A DNA stretch of 64,000 bases, from NCBI GenBank assembly GCA_951406725.2, contig OX597815.1:39618001-39682000 (forward strand), read 5' to 3'. The position numbers and the translations under genes are program-made. The DNA is from Octopus vulgaris. Taxonomy: Eukaryota. Below, in pieces: positions 11,140 through 25,091 of the stretch. The notes beneath the pieces were generated by a model. It was not told the DNA's origin and did no database searches. It worked only from the letters and a program-made list of their open reading frames with translations. Positions within the stretch are counted from its first letter, which is position 1; every line of letters begins with the position of its first letter.

Positions 11140-11900
11140 ATATCTCTGAGCTCATCTGTACAACATCATTCATGGGTGCCAACATTACACATCATGCAGA
11201 GTAGACATCCTTTATTTCTCTCCAGCCTTCACACATCCTCTTCATTCAATGTCCACTGGTCACCATAACATGTAACATCATACTTTGTACATAAGCCATT
11301 CTCTCAAAGATGTTATCCCCTCATTGCCAACAGAGATAATAGCACCGAGTCCATTTTGCATAGTAGTTGGTGACAGAGAGGGCATTCACTCTAAAAATCA
11401 ATGCCAAAAATAGTGTATACAAGCCAGAGTAAAAATGGGCTAAAAATAGTCCCAGGAGCTTTTACTCCCCCAACAACAAATGTCTTCTTTTTTATTGTAA
11501 AAACCAGAATATATGAAGCCTCTGTACAAAGTTTTATGTTACATAGTAGGAAGATATCAATCTTGCATGCAGTGGGCATGCAAAGACTATAAAGGAATGA
11601 AGTGAGCATACTTCATTGGGTGTGTAATGTTAGTGTGCATAAGTGACGTGTACAAATGAGCTGAGAGAAAATCTGTGCATTAGAAATATCAAAAGCAGTG
11701 TGCAAAAGTGAAGGCTGTTCTGAGTATGGATATGCAATGTATATGGATGATGACAGTTGTGTAAAGAAGTGGATGGAAATTGTGGAAGGAGGAAAATTAA
11801 AGAAGACTTGACATGCAGTGAAGAAGATTGGTCTCAAGATGTTAGAGAATTATGACTATTGACAACACACAAAAATCTGGCAACCTGTGCAAGCACAGCA
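11140..11900. mobile_element. Two heavily decayed RTE ORF fragments (11140-11350 minus; 11500-11900 plus)
   Basis: Nucleotide similarity to the RTE C-terminal region at 8226-8545. Confidence 0.55.
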
Positions 11901-12820
11901 AAAAATTTTAAAAAGGGGATAGTGATGTTGGCTGGGTTATATACTTCATATCTACACCTGGGGTTTTCATGTTCTTTCTTGGTGCTCTGAGATGACAGAC
12001 TGCCTACTTAGTACCTTCTCATCTCGTATCTCACCTCATGTTCATTGTCATATCACCTGGGTAATGAAGAAAAACATTAGATCTATCCATATTCAGTTTC
12101 CATACCACTATTTGTATATCCATTGTCCCCCTCCCTCTCCTATTACGATATCTGAGATGTCCCAGTATGACTGCAGTCCAATGACTAGAAACCACGAAAG
12201 AATCGAAATACGAGTCATCTGAGCTTTTAATACGATAAGTTTGTGATGGGGATTCAATTTTCGGTTATTTCCTTTGTATCTGCAATATCCAACTTGCTGT
12301 TCAAGCCTCCAAACATGCAGTTCAAGCTTCCAATCCTCCACATGGTCATTTGTCGTGCTAGAGATAGGAGAAAAACTTTCCTCAAATCATACCCTGCTGT
12401 TTTTCTTTTAAAGAAAAGCACCGATTTTCGGTGTTGTGTATCAAATGATAATGTATGTCGGAAAGAGTTCGGTTCTACTAAGATGAATTGCCTATATTTT
12501 ACCACATGAAGACGAAGTAATTTATAAGGTTCCTCTACAATCTTAAAAAGCAAGAGAGCAGACTAGTGGTGCAGCAAGAACGAGCATTGAAGACGGTAGA
12601 AACATTTGGCTGAGAGTCGCAACATTTGACTCAACAAAGCTCGTGCTGTTGTATCAGAGTTTTGTCGTGTACATCAGTGGTTGTCCTCGAGCAGTTCTTA
12701 ATTATGTAGGGTGAGGTGGGGGAGAAACACCTTCAGAGCTGCTTCACCGCCTGAGACATCGAATCCTGCTTTCGGAGAAGGATCACAGCAGCATTCACAT
12801 AACACATATGTTAACCCCAA

Positions 12821-13207
12821 GTGGAGGCGCAATGGCCCAGTGGTTAGGGCAGCGGACTAGCGGTCGTAGGATCGCGGTTTCGATTCCCAGACCGGGCGTT
12901 GTGAGTGTTTATTGAGCGAAAACACCTAAAGCTCCACGACGTTCCGGCAGGGGGTGGTGGTGATCCCTGCTGTACTCTTTCACCACAACTTTCTCTCACT
13001 CTTACTTCCTGTTTCTGTTGTACCTGTATTTCAAAGGGCCAGCCTTGTCACTCTCTGTGTCACGCTGAATATCCCCGAGAACTACGTTAAGGGTACACGT
13101 GTCTGTGGAGTGCTCAGCCACTTGCACGTTAATTCCACGAGCAGGCTGTTCCGTTGATCGGATCAACCGGAACCCTCGTCGTCGGAACCGACGGAGTGCT
13201 TCCATCC
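12821..13207 (+). mobile_element. Full-length tRNA-derived SINE with 13-bp TSD
   Basis: A box tggcccagtgg, B box ggtttcgattcc; TSD atgttaaccccaa at 12808-12820 and 13208-13220. Confidence 0.92.
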
Positions 13208-15504
13208 ATGTTAACCCCAAATATAAGGTGTCATCACAATTCAGTCTAAAAGATTGTGCGGTGAAGTATGTAACTGAGGAAACTGATCAATTTTTTAAAA
13301 TAAAATGAAATATTTTGCAATTTCGATGTTGCAAATTTGGTAAATCGAAACTATGGCAGTATCTTTGTATGCAGAAATTAAAGGGAAGAAAAGAAAAGTA
13401 GACAAGAGGGGAAGAAAAGAGAAGCCGTAATGTAACTGCAACAGTTCCAATTCCATTTATGAAATGTGACATTTTATGTAAAGAGAAGAGAAAAAACGTT
13501 TACATTAAACATTTAAAGTTGATATTTTAACAGTTAATAGCTTTAAAATAAAGTAAATAAGAAAGAAAAATAGGGGTTAAGATATGAATTATTGTGCATG
13601 TCAAATGAGATAAGTATATATATCCGCTTTAAATAAACGTTAGATTTTAACCATGTTTTTTAAATCAAAAATAAGTATTTTAATCCCGCCTCCAGTTTCC
13701 ATCTCTTTAAATCTGCCACAATATTTTCTTTTTTATACATGTATTTTTATTCATGTTGAAATGTTTTGATTATTTTTTAATAATTATTTGCATGTGTATT
13801 TTACTCTATATTCGTGTATGTGTGCGCATGCGGACATTCAGCGTTCTCCAGAAAGTTATCAAATATTACCATAAGGTTACTTGGCACACTTTTGCTTGTG
13901 CAGTCAATTTATTCTTGATAATTATATCGTTGAAGAATTAATAGTTTTACACTTTTTCTTTTCTTAAATTACATGCTAAATCTCAGTCTCCTTATCCTAT
14001 TTTTCTAATACATATTCCTCTAGCCTTTCTTTATTCCCCATTCTTTCATTCTCCACTTAATGTCATTATTATTTGTCCTAATGACCTTTACAGGATGTAA
14101 ATGTTAAGCAGCCTTGCTTTAATCGAGACCACCATAAACAATTTGTGTTTTAAACGATAACAGCACGCGACTCTGACCTGAAGCTTTTGCGGGCTAAGCA
14201 ATTTTTTGTCTCCTTTTCTTTTTTAGTGCATTATTATTTCATTATTGACTAAAGTCCAATATCTACAGGGGAACGCGTGCGAATTTGGGGTTTAATTTTG
14301 GCATTTAGATTAAAAACGAAATTGGAAGAAAAAGAAAACAACAAACTGGTGGCCTTTATTAGAAAAGTGTAATCTCAGAATTTATTGTCGATATGAAGGA
14401 TATGCGCTTCGAGACATCACATTATTTAGGACATTCTTCTTTTTGCTACACATTCTTCTACATTAGAGATCGAGAATATTGAGTCGACGGCCAAAAGATC
14501 GATGCTTTATGTTCCGTTACAATCATGATACTGTCTCTATTATAAAGACACATTACTCAACGGTCCAGTTCACAAAGTGATAGATACTATCCTGCAATGG
14601 TTTGAAGTGTGTGTGTGTGTGTATGTATACATATGGATGGGTGGATGGCCGCTGGTTGCTCAGAATTGGTAAGTAAAAACGTTTTAAGATGAGAGACGAA
14701 AAACATGAAAATTTGGCTTAGGAAGGAATTGCGCAAGCTTAGAAACTTTTTATATGCTCTTATGAGACATAGAAAGTAGTGGCGTACTATTAAATGTTGC
14801 GTGTAAATATGGCCTACTGAAAGGAAACCTTTAAGACATCACCATTTTCAAAAGGCTTCATGAGGAGTGTCAAGAAAAATTGCCTACCTATATTCACTTT
14901 TTGACGAACACATGCCAACGTAGGACCCACTACATAGTTGATCAGCAAGAAGTGGCGGTCAAATCTTCCTCAAAACCATACCCTATCATCGCAGTATAGA
15001 TTGATCATATGGATTTGAGTTCTTTGCTCGTAGGGTAAAAGACGGGAGTGTTACGGCTGGAATGTACGATCAAAAATAAATCTTGGGGTTAACAAAGAAC
15101 AATATCTGTGAAACCCGAAGAAACTATTGACAGATTTATAATTGACCAATAGATTTTCGTATCAAATTAAGAGTCGTTTGGTATGTTACATTTTATGGAT
15201 TGCCTGCGGATCAGATGTATTTGCTTGTTTATTCAGGGTCAACGATTCAAATGCAGTGAGAAATGATAATTGATAATCCACCTCTTTCTTTTTTTTTTTT
15301 TTTTTTTTTCACGCTGAAAAGATTAAATAAATTAAGTAATATTTCTAGATTTAATTTCATAAATGAAGATTCATGCAGAAGTCTGTCCACGTTGACTGCA
15401 GGTTTGCTAGTGATTTACATGGTCAATATGGGTCAGGCAGACCCAAATGCTGTACCGGAAATTTTCTTTTGCGTTTGGCGCTTCTGTGTTACGATTCTTT
15501 CTGA

Positions 15505-15960
15505 CGGAAGACGGACGAAATACCTATTTCTTTACTACCCACAAGGGGCTAAACACAGAGAGGACAAACAAGGACAGACAAACGGATTAAGTCGATTATA
15601 TCGACTCCAGTGCGTAACTGGTTCTTAATTTATCGACCCCGAAAGGATGAAAGGCAAAGTCGGCCTCGGCGGAATTTGAACTCAGAACGTAACGGCAGAC
15701 GAAATACGGCTACGCATTTCGCCCGGCGTGCTAATGTTTCTGCCAGCTCGCCGCCTTTTTCTTTATTGCCCACAAGGGGCTAAACATAGAGGGGACAAAC
15801 AAGGACAAACAAAGGGATTAAGTCGGTACTTTATTTATCGGCCCTGAAAGGATGAAAGGCAAAGTCGACCTCGGCGGAATTTGAACTCAGAACGTAACGG
15901 TAGACGAAATACTACAAAGCATTTCGCCCGGCGTGCTAACGATTCTGCCAGCTCGCCGCT
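15505..15960 (-). mobile_element. Tandem copies of the Tx1-tailed tRNA SINE
   Basis: Two heads (ending ~15755 and ~15960) and two gccccttgtggg-aataaag type tails. Confidence 0.85.
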
Positions 15961-16039
15961 TTATAACGCCATAATAATAATAATAATACTAACAAGAGCA
16001 TTCAAAGAGCGCATACCTTTGCCAATGTTTCTTTATTTT

Positions 16040-16428
16040 GGCACTACGGCCACAACACAGAGGATAAGTATTAAGCTGGCCAAGGAGCAGAACCGGAATC
16101 AAAAAGCAGTGTTGCTGGAAGATGAGAGAGCAGGAAGATTGAGAGAAATATTCGGAGACAGGATAGAGATAACAGCATTACGATTTAGATATGACGAATT
16201 ACCATCAGTGATAGAATTCGAGGAATTAATAGACTTTATGATGTAAATGCGATACAAATATTTAAAACAGTAAAATGGAACTTCCTACTTTGGTGGGTAG
16301 GAAAGCCATTTCATTTTCATTATTTTCATAATTCATTCGTTATATGTTTTTATGTACCCCACGTTCTGTGTTGTCTGTCCTTGTGGTGTCCCCTCTATAT
16401 TAAGGCTTTATGCCTATAATAAAGAAAA
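16040..16428 (+). mobile_element. 3' fragment of an ORF1-only retroelement
   Basis: RISIKLAKEQNRNQKAVLLEDERAGRLREIF resembles the 41313-41510 product; followed by hairpin, TTCATT repeats and Tx1-type tail. Confidence 0.55.
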
Positions 16429-17268
16429 ATACCAGTTCAAAGGAACATGGTTAGGCCATATAAGAATAGAGAGTTCAAACTGTACTCTTATTCCCCAAAA
16501 TGTATGACCGGGATAAACTTCAGCGTTGAGTGATTCTCCCACCTCTTCTGAGTAATATTACTGAAGGAGTTTCTGGGTATGTTGTTCGGTGATGGGAAAA
16601 AGAGGGTAAAAAAGTCGTTGAGCAAGCACTTCCCTGGGTACTATGAAATTTCCAAAGGGTAAACCCGAATGACATAATGAAACGTCACATTTAAAAGACT
16701 GAATATTACAAAAGCAATGCATTTGAGTTATTGTGTAATTTTATCAACTCTTAATATGTAACAAATTATTCAATTAAAATTTTTTGCTTTCTTTCGTTTG
16801 CAAAATCATTTAGAACCACCACTATTTATTTTAAATTATGCCATTTCGGGAAAATTACCTTCAACTATTTAAATGTAATTTAAATGGCAGGAGTCATGTC
16901 ACAGATAAAAAAATTCTCTTTTACTTTTTTTTTTAAATGCTTGTTTTTTACCATTGAAATTAGCAACAGTAACCTGCTGCTCACAGCACTGCCCTCTTAA
17001 TTCCTTAATTAAGTTGTCTGAGTGGTGTATATAATACTGGCAAGGATAAACAGGAGCATTTTAACACTTGAATGCTGGTACGTTAGGACTGTGAAGTAGG
17101 CTGGCTTGTTGCCTGTACCATTCGTCATACTTTTGGAAGAATACTTCCACGTAAAGCGAAATTACGCCTTCTCGCAGTAAGTAAAACTCTGTTAGATTAT
17201 CAAATATTGTTAACTTCTTTTTAAGAATATATTTGTGTCTAATAATTGCTGAATATATAAACATGTAA

Positions 17269-17657
17269 TCGTCGTAGCACTCCATCGGCTACAACGACGA
17301 GGGTTCCAGCTGATCCGATCAACGGAACAACCTGCTCGTGAAATTAACGTGTAAGTGGCTGAGCACTCCACAGACACGGGTACCCTTAACGTAGTTTTTG
17401 TGGGGATTCAGCGTGACACTGTGTGATAAGGCTGGCCCTTTGAAATACTAGTACAACAGAAACAGGAAGAAAGAGTGAGAGAAAGTTGTGATGAAAGAGT
17501 ACAGCAGGGTTTGCCACCACCACCCTGCCAAAGCCTCGTGGAGCTTTAGGTGTTTTCGCTCAATAAACACTCACAGAGCGGTCTGGGAATCGTAACCGCG
17601 ATCCCACGACTACGAGTCCGCTGCCCTAATCACTGGGCCATTGCGTTGCGCCTCCAC
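17269..17657 (-). mobile_element. tRNA-derived SINE (same family as 12821-13207) with 10-bp TSD
   Basis: TSD aaacatgtaa at 17259-17268 and 17658-17667. Confidence 0.9.
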
Positions 17658-18258
17658 AAACATGTAAGAATCGTTGGAGCATCATGCAAAATGCTTAGCG
17701 GCATTTCTTCGAGGTCGGCTTTGCCTTACATCCTTTCGTGATCGAGTCACTGGAAACAACTAACTCGTCCACCAAATTTCCCGGCCTTGTGCCTATACTA
17801 GAAAGGCTTATTATTATTCGGTAATTAATGTTTTAAAAGTTTTTATATGAATACTTTTATTTTTATAATCCGTCCTCCAGATATTTTTTTATGAGATTTC
17901 AGCAGGGCTATGAGTGTAGCAGAATCCACACGACCAGAGCAATCAACACATTTCGAAGGGCTAAGAGTTAACCAAAGCAGTAAAGCATGAGACTAAGTAT
18001 TATTCACTAGCTGGTATGTTGACTCACTTCTCAGAATTCAACTCCACCAGGGTCACTTTTAGTTTTCATTCTTGTGGGGCTGATAAAATAATTCTACTGG
18101 AATATTCCACTGGAAATCGAAACATACATGTTCCATGTTTAAATGGGTTGAGACACGCATACGATCTGTACAGGTCATTTACCTCTTCTTTGAAACTTTG
18201 TAATATACACCGTATTTCGATTAGCTAACATCTTGTACCTAAACATGCGGTTTATAGT

Positions 18259-18662
18259 AATTTCTTTATTACCCACAAGGGGCCAACGTAGAGGGGGACA
18301 ATACATCATGATTTGGGGTCATGAGAAATGGATGAAATTTACATAAAAAATGATCTTTAAGAATTTTACATAAAATCGAAAACAAAATCGAGGAAATCGA
18401 ATGATACACAAATTTTTTACAGCACAACACAAAAATGACACATGAAGTGGGAACACCAGGATTGCCGACCCCACGAGCCCTGTTTTTTCCCACTGAAACT
18501 CGGCAGCTAACTCATAGCGTGTTCATGTGGCCACTTTCACACGCAGCAATCGTGCCACACGTTTCCATCTTTTCTCAAATTCACACGCAGACAGACACCT
18601 TTTCTCTATCTCCACCTTTCTTTTTAGGTGGAACCTGAAAAAGGTCACCAAGGCGGAGCCAC
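18259..18662 (-). mobile_element. Tx1/L1-clade LINE 3' end with 15-bp TSD
   Basis: Encodes ALVTFFRFHLKRKVEIEKRCLSACEFEKRW (ORF2 C-terminus); TSD catgcggtttatagt at 18244-18258 and 18663-18677. Confidence 0.85.
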
Positions 18663-19429
18663 CATGCGGTTTATAGTTTGGAAAATCACAATCTTACACC
18701 TCTTAAACCCTTTATTCTATTTTATTTAAATGTATTGAGAAATAATTCATCTTTCAATTTTTTTTTTAATTGGGCAGACATCATTTCGACATCTTTATAG
18801 AACAAATTTCCGGTAAAAATTTATTTAATGAATTTTTACGTTGCAGAATTTTTTTTCTCCTCAGAGAACCCACTTTAACAAGCATTGCCTTAAACTTATA
18901 ATTTTGATAGTTTATTGATAGCCAAAATTAAGCAGCCTTGATTTTAGCTGTTGTCGACAGAAAGCGCCGAACTAGATTTTAGTAAATTAGTAAAAACAGC
19001 ACCTTATTTGTTATTAAATCAGTAAACATACGTAAATAATGCTTCGAATTCTATCCTTGAGGAGCATAAACCATTTATATGGAAACCTTATTTTAATAAA
19101 GTGAAATAACTAATAGTAAAATGCTTCAAATCAAATAAGTTCAGTATTTGAAATTCGAGATATTAAGATTGATCAGATATATTATGAAATTAGGTGCAGA
19201 CAATCAATATCACTGTTGTTGTTTCGCTCCAGTCTTACCCTGAAGGAGTGCGTCTATGATTAAAAGCGTTTTTTTTCTTTTTTCAGGCAATGTGTATCTC
19301 AGACTGCGTTATCTCATACCTCCTTTTTTGTTACAGACTGTTTGATGTGATTTAATGGTTATTTCGCAATTTTTTGCATTTCGATCAACTCCGTTTATTC
19401 GATTTACTTTGTGTAATTAACACACGTTG

Positions 19430-19693
19430 GTGGAGGCGCGTGGCTTAGTTGTTAGGGCATCAGCATCATGATCGTAACATTGTGGTTTCGATTCCTGTAC
19501 CGGGCGACGCGTTGTGTTCTTGAGCAAAACACTTCATTTCACGTTGCTCCAGTCCACTCAGCTGACAAAAATGAGTAACGCTGCGATGGACTGGCGTCTC
19601 GTCCAGCTGGGGAACACATACGCCATTGAAACCTGGAAACCGGGCCCATGAGCCTGGCTAGACTTTAAAAGGGCGTTTTAATTATTTATTTAT
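19430..19693 (+). mobile_element. tRNA-derived SINE with conserved central domain (V/Meta-like) and 13-bp TSD
   Basis: A/B boxes; ctgcgatggactggcgtctcgtccag motif; TSD ttaacacacgttg at 19417-19429 and 19694-19706. Confidence 0.88.
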
Positions 19694-20912
19694 TTAACAC
19701 ACGTTGAGTATAGATCAATGACTTCTAGCTCATGTTCTTTTCATCGAATGGTATTTTTGCCCCCACTTCACCCAAGCTTATTAAAAGTGAGCTAATTTTT
19801 CACAATGGTTTATTATCTATATTTTCTTGTTCTATTCCATCCAGTTTGCATCTCCTTTCATATATTTGCTTACACTAGTGCTGTCTATGTCAAACATTTT
19901 ATGGCAATGTCAAAAGATGACGAAGACTTAAAAATTGTTTCTAATTTAGGCACGAAACCATCAATTGCTGAGGGCAGGAGGTTACGTCGAGTTCAGTAAT
20001 TGACTAGTACTTTATTTTATCGACTCTGGAAAGATGAAAGTGTAAAGTTAACAACATCCAGCACCCACCATGCTAGCGCCTCCTTGACATTTAAAGCCGG
20101 TTTGTAAACTCACAACGGCCCCAAGGAGGCATTACCACCAGGTTTCAGAACCACTGGCCAAAGTGGATTGTAGAAAATAGTGTTATGAGAAGTCAAACTA
20201 GGAAAATTCGTGTGATTACAATATCTGTTATTGATCTAAAAAATGTAATTCAAACGCAACACCCATTAATTTTTTTGTAAGTTTTAATTCTATTTCAAAT
20301 ACAAAATCACATTTCAAAATCTTTACGTTTTAATTGCTAAAAGTTCAGCAAGAGATTTCCTAAAAGGAGCACTTTATTTAAATTTAATTTGGGTTTAAGT
20401 TTTGGGAGTAGAAATTTCAACTGAATCTCTCCTAAACTTGACAGACACGAGAAATTTCATGGAACTCCCAGTTTAAGGAAGTAATCTTTTTAAACAATCC
20501 CTGGTAGTTTATGGAGTTTTATTAATATTGTTTATTTTCCATAACGTCAAATTCGTTTAAAAATATTGTCTGGAATAACATCTTTGAACCCAAGATTCGG
20601 TAATGCAGACTCGATCAATAGTAATAACATTAGATAGCCACTTACAGATGTAAAATTAATTGGGAGATCTAGAATACATCTGTTCATAAACTTCTGTTCT
20701 GTACCTCATCCATCACATGGAGGAATGTTCTCTAAGTAAAGCAGAAATTTTGTTTCAGTCAAATCATGTTTTGGATTTATTTTGATTTTTTTCAATGACC
20801 TTCGACTTGTTCCACTCTCCTTTTTTCACCAACTTTCAAATTAGTTTTTACCTGCTAAGAGTAATTGTTGATGATCGTTGTAATTTATTTTGAGTTTATC
20901 TTATTTTGAGTT

Positions 20913-22182
20913 CTAGAGAAGACATATGACCGAGTGGATAGGAATGCAATGTGGCAGGTGTTGCGGTTGTATGGAGTAGATGGTAGATTGTTGAGAGCTG
21001 TTCAGAGTTTTTATAGAGAAAGTAAGGCGTGCGTTAGGGTGGGTGGTGAAGTGAGTGGTTTAATGTGAAGGTGGAGTCAAGACAGGATGGATATATAGAT
21101 GGTGTGGTGAGAGAGGTAAATGCTAGAACCCTTAATAGGGGAACCCAAATGGTGAGAGAAAATGGAGAGAAATGGCAGGTGAGTCAGTATTTGTTTGCTG
21201 ATGATACAGCACTAGTGGCGGATTCAGAAGAGCATCTGAGGAGACTGGTGGTAGACTTTGGAAGAGTGTGTAAGAAGAGGAAACTGAAAGTGAATGTAGC
21301 TAAGAGTAAGGTGATGAGATGGAATGGCTGGTAGGATGGATGTGATTATAAATGGTGAGATGCTAGAGGAGGTGAGTGCTTTTAAGTATCTGGGGTCACA
21401 GCTGACGGCGGATGAGGGTTTGGCTGAGGAGGTGGGATATAGAGTGAGGGAGGGGAGTGAGATACTTGGAGTTGTGAAAGGTATGCTGAGAGATAAAAGG
21501 TTGAGTATGAAAGCGAAAAGAGGTGTATGAGGGCGTGATTGTGCCGACAATGTTATATGGTGCAGAGACGTGGGGGCTGAGAGAGGTGGAAAGGAGGCAA
21601 CTAGATGTGTTTGAAATGAGATGTTTGAGGGCTATGGTTGGTGTGACACGGATGGACAGGATGGGGAATGAGGAAGTTCGAACACGAGCAGGAATGAGAG
21701 AATAACAACCAAATTGGATAGACGTATGTTCAGGTGGATTGGCCACATGGAGAGGATAGATAAGGAGCAGATGGTAAGGAGGGTGAAGGCTGAAGTGGTA
21801 GGCATCAAACCCAGAGGCAGACCTCGGTTTGTGTGTATAGATGGAGCGAGGGAAGCTTTGGTGGTTAAAAGGTGTTGGAGCAAGAGAGGCAAGAGAGTTT
21901 ATAAAGGATAGGAAAGCTTGGAGAGTGTTTGCGGACGGATGAGTGAATTGATATTGCTTGAAGGGGTACGGAACCGGCATGATGCAGCGAATGTAAACCA
22001 GCATATACTGTCGGGCCCCGCTGCTGATATCGGTGGTTGCGTTCTATGCCTTGACCCGAGCTGAGGAATGAATGGAATGCCCGATGTGTCTTGTTGTGGC
22101 AACTCACTCCTAAAAGAAAATGGGGAATAGGCCTGAGTTTATTTTTATTAGTAGAGAACAGTATCTCTCTCTCTCTCTCTCT
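20913..22182 (+). mobile_element. RTE-clade LINE, RT domain to 3' end, frameshifted, (CT)n tail
   Basis: EKTYDRVDR, YLFADDTAL, FKYLG, LYGAETW, RWIGHMER and GRPR motifs in order. Confidence 0.9.
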
Positions 22183-23142
22183 TTTTTTTTTTCTCAAACA
22201 ATTTCCACATTTTTTAACGCAGATGAGGAGTGAGAAATTAGCAAATACCGGGTTATATATTATTGTTTCCCATGTTACTGCAGGAAAGTATAACTATGCA
22301 AAATGTCCTAAATTAAGCGCTTAATATAAGAATCATCGTTATTATTTAGATTGTCACTTATAGATGTAAAATTAATTGGGCCGATCTAGAATACACCTGT
22401 TAATAAACCTGTTCTATAGCTCATCTATGACAAGTCTTGTTCTCATGACTTACCCCACTTCCAACTTTCTCTTGGAGTCTGGCTATTGCTGTTGCCTTCA
22501 TCCGTTAATGACCTCAAGCATTTGTGGAAGCAAAACTAATTACAACTATGATAACTAAAATCAAAATAGCTAAGTATTTTGCTACAATTGTCTCTACTAT
22601 TGCTATCAGCAAAACGGATAATTTTTCTTTATTTTTATTTTATTCTTTATTTCTTATTTTTTAATTAATTAATTTATTTATTTATTTATTTGGCAAATGG
22701 TGATGCAGCTGAATGATTTATATAGTTCAGAAAATTACCCGGAGCAAGACCTGGAAATTTTTTTATAGCATTCTTATAGCAGTCTAAAACTTAGAACTAT
22801 TTATAACTATGGGTTATAAGACGAAATGGGTAAGTGACGTAAAACAAGTGATTTCTGATTTCCCGTTATTTTCTCCTTACCTATTCGAAATCATTACATT
22901 GCAAACATTGCGTTATCATTTTGTACTACCGCATCATCTTTGGGAGTAAAACTTGGTTAGTATAAGAGTTTGAAACATAGTTAAGTGACAAGTACTCTTT
23001 TTTTTTTCAAGAAATCTTTCTTCACCTTTGATCCGATTGTAATCAAGGTTGCTAATAAAATATGTGGGTAATATTTGATGTTTAACAATCAAAATTATTT
23101 TCACTGTTGGATTCCAAATCAATTTTTTCCCACTTTAATGTC

Positions 23143-23543
23143 TAACTAGCAGTATCGCCCGGCGTTGCTCGGGTTTGTTTCGACCCTTTAGAATTGGAAT
23201 TTTTGAAAAGTAAAAATTTTGCATTATGTAGCTTGTTATTCTCTTTAAGTGAACATTTTTCTGGTTGAAATACACCGAAAAATAGCGACACAAGAGTAAA
23301 AAAATCGTAAAAAATAGGGATTTTCATACAAAAAGAAAAAAGGACTTTTCTGATGTAAATAATTTTTGGTGTTAACATGATCCGATTAGAATTTTTTCTT
23401 CTACAGAAGGAAGAGCAAGCCTTCTTCTATTATACTATCAATTTTGGTGAACTTGCGCCGCAGGGTCTCGGAGGAGATAGTGTTGGTTAAAGGCTACCAA
23501 ACCTGTCATACACAGACAACTTCAGCTTTATATATAGAGAGAT
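23143..23543 (+). mobile_element. Helentron/Helitron-associated non-autonomous element
   Basis: Start aactagcagtatcgcccggcgttgctcggg with short hairpin; end cagacaac...tatatatagagagat, typical of DINE/HINE-like elements. Confidence 0.6.
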
Positions 23544-23865
23544 TTGATAATTTTCAAAAACTTATGTCTAAAGTGGAGCAAAATGAATAATGACTAATTT
23601 CAATAATTTCTTCTCTTCAACTGTATGATGCTCAAATATATCGGAAAGGGATTCACTTCAGCAGATTCTAAAGAAACTATAGAGAATATTTTATGTTGTT
23701 TTGAGATTTAGTTGAGTTTCGTTTATTTCATATGTGCCATTTTCCCAAGATTCTCTTTCATTTGATCCAGATATTTTGAATTTTTGTTGCATTCCTGATC
23801 TTTCTCATGACTAATGAGTATGAGCCTTTTTTCAAAAATAATTCTAAAGAACTGAAGAGGTACAC

Positions 23866-24268
23866 TCTTTTACTCTTTTACTTGTTTCAGTCATTTGACT
23901 GTGGCCATGCTGGAGCACCGCCTTTAGTCGAGCAAATCGACCATAGGACTTATTCTTTGTAAGCCTAGTACTTATTCTATCGGTCTCTTTTACCGAACCA
24001 CTAAGTTACAGGAACGTAAACACACCAGCATCGGTTGTCAAGCGATGTTGGGGGAACAAACACAGACAGATACACACACACACACACACACGCACACATA
24101 TATACGATGGGCTTCTTTCAGTTCCCGTCTACCAAATCCATTCACAAGGCTTTGGTCGGCCCGAGGCTATAGTAGAAGACACTTGCCCAAGGTGCCACGC
24201 AGTGGGACTGAACCCGGAACCATGTGGTTGGTAAGCAAGCTACTTACCACACAGCCACTTCTACGCCT
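23866..24268 (-). mobile_element. tRNA-headed SINE with CR1-type tail
   Basis: Same family as 2624-3007; internal (CA)n tract. Confidence 0.88.
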
Positions 24269-24829
24269 ATTTACCTTTGTCTTACTCATTCTGCCCTAAC
24301 TAAATTTGTCTTGTATGCTAAAAGAGAACGGAGATAATTTTCTGAAATAATATTCTGAATATGCTGCAGTGTTTTTCATGCATTTAGAGTAGGTCAGTTG
24401 CTTAGCTTGTACAGATTTTGTAAGGTAGTAAATATTAGTAAAAATAATTTTTTTTTCTAAGTCATATATATTACTTCTGCATTTGTCTTGTTAATGTTTA
24501 CATATTGAATAAGCTTTAGAAAAATGACCTGCTTGCATATACCATAATATGGCTAGTTGCTTTAAGTACCTAAGGAATATATAACAGATTCACGTGCTGA
24601 GATATGAAAGTTTATATAATTCTTTTTATTATAAAACAAATTACGATGGATGTGCAATAACCATAATGGGCACAGATATGGCTGTAGGGTTAAGAAGTTC
24701 ATTTTGTAGCCACGTGGTTTTAGATTCGATCCCATCGGGTACCTCTACGAAACATGGTATTAACAACAACCTTGCTGCAGTAGTATGGGGGATGGCTTGT
24801 CTTGACTAACATGAAGATCGAGGAAAACC

Positions 24830-25060
24830 ATCCAGACTGATCGAAGATGTCTCTACTGTGATATCCAACTCGATCCCTTCTGACCAAAAAACATTATCCA
24901 GAAAGAGGCAGAGAAACTGATCAAGTACAAAGATCCTGAAGAGAACAGCAACTAGGGCATGAAAGTGAAAGTAATAATCAGTTGAGTAATAGATATGATA
25001 AAGAAAACCATACAGACTATAATAGGAGCCATTCTCGGCATCCTCAGCCAACTTTCAGCA
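24830..25060 (+). mobile_element. R4/Dong- or NeSL-like LINE, restriction-like endonuclease C-terminal relic
   Basis: SIPSD..NIIQKEAEKLIKYKD...MKVKVI and IQTIIGAILGILSQLS resemble the RLE C-terminal consensus. Confidence 0.65.
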
Positions 25061-25091
25061 AAGCTTTTAGAGTTAGTAGCTCCCTCTTCAC

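Noticed and set aside
12290-12365. LLFKPPNMQFKLPILHMVICRA resembling a pogo DDE motif
   Set aside because: Short, lacks the catalytic Asp, and no other transposase motifs flank it.
12821-12895. tRNA gene (also at 19430, 2624, 40799)
   Set aside because: tRNA-like heads are fused to SINE bodies, several with TSDs; no proper cloverleaf and terminator.
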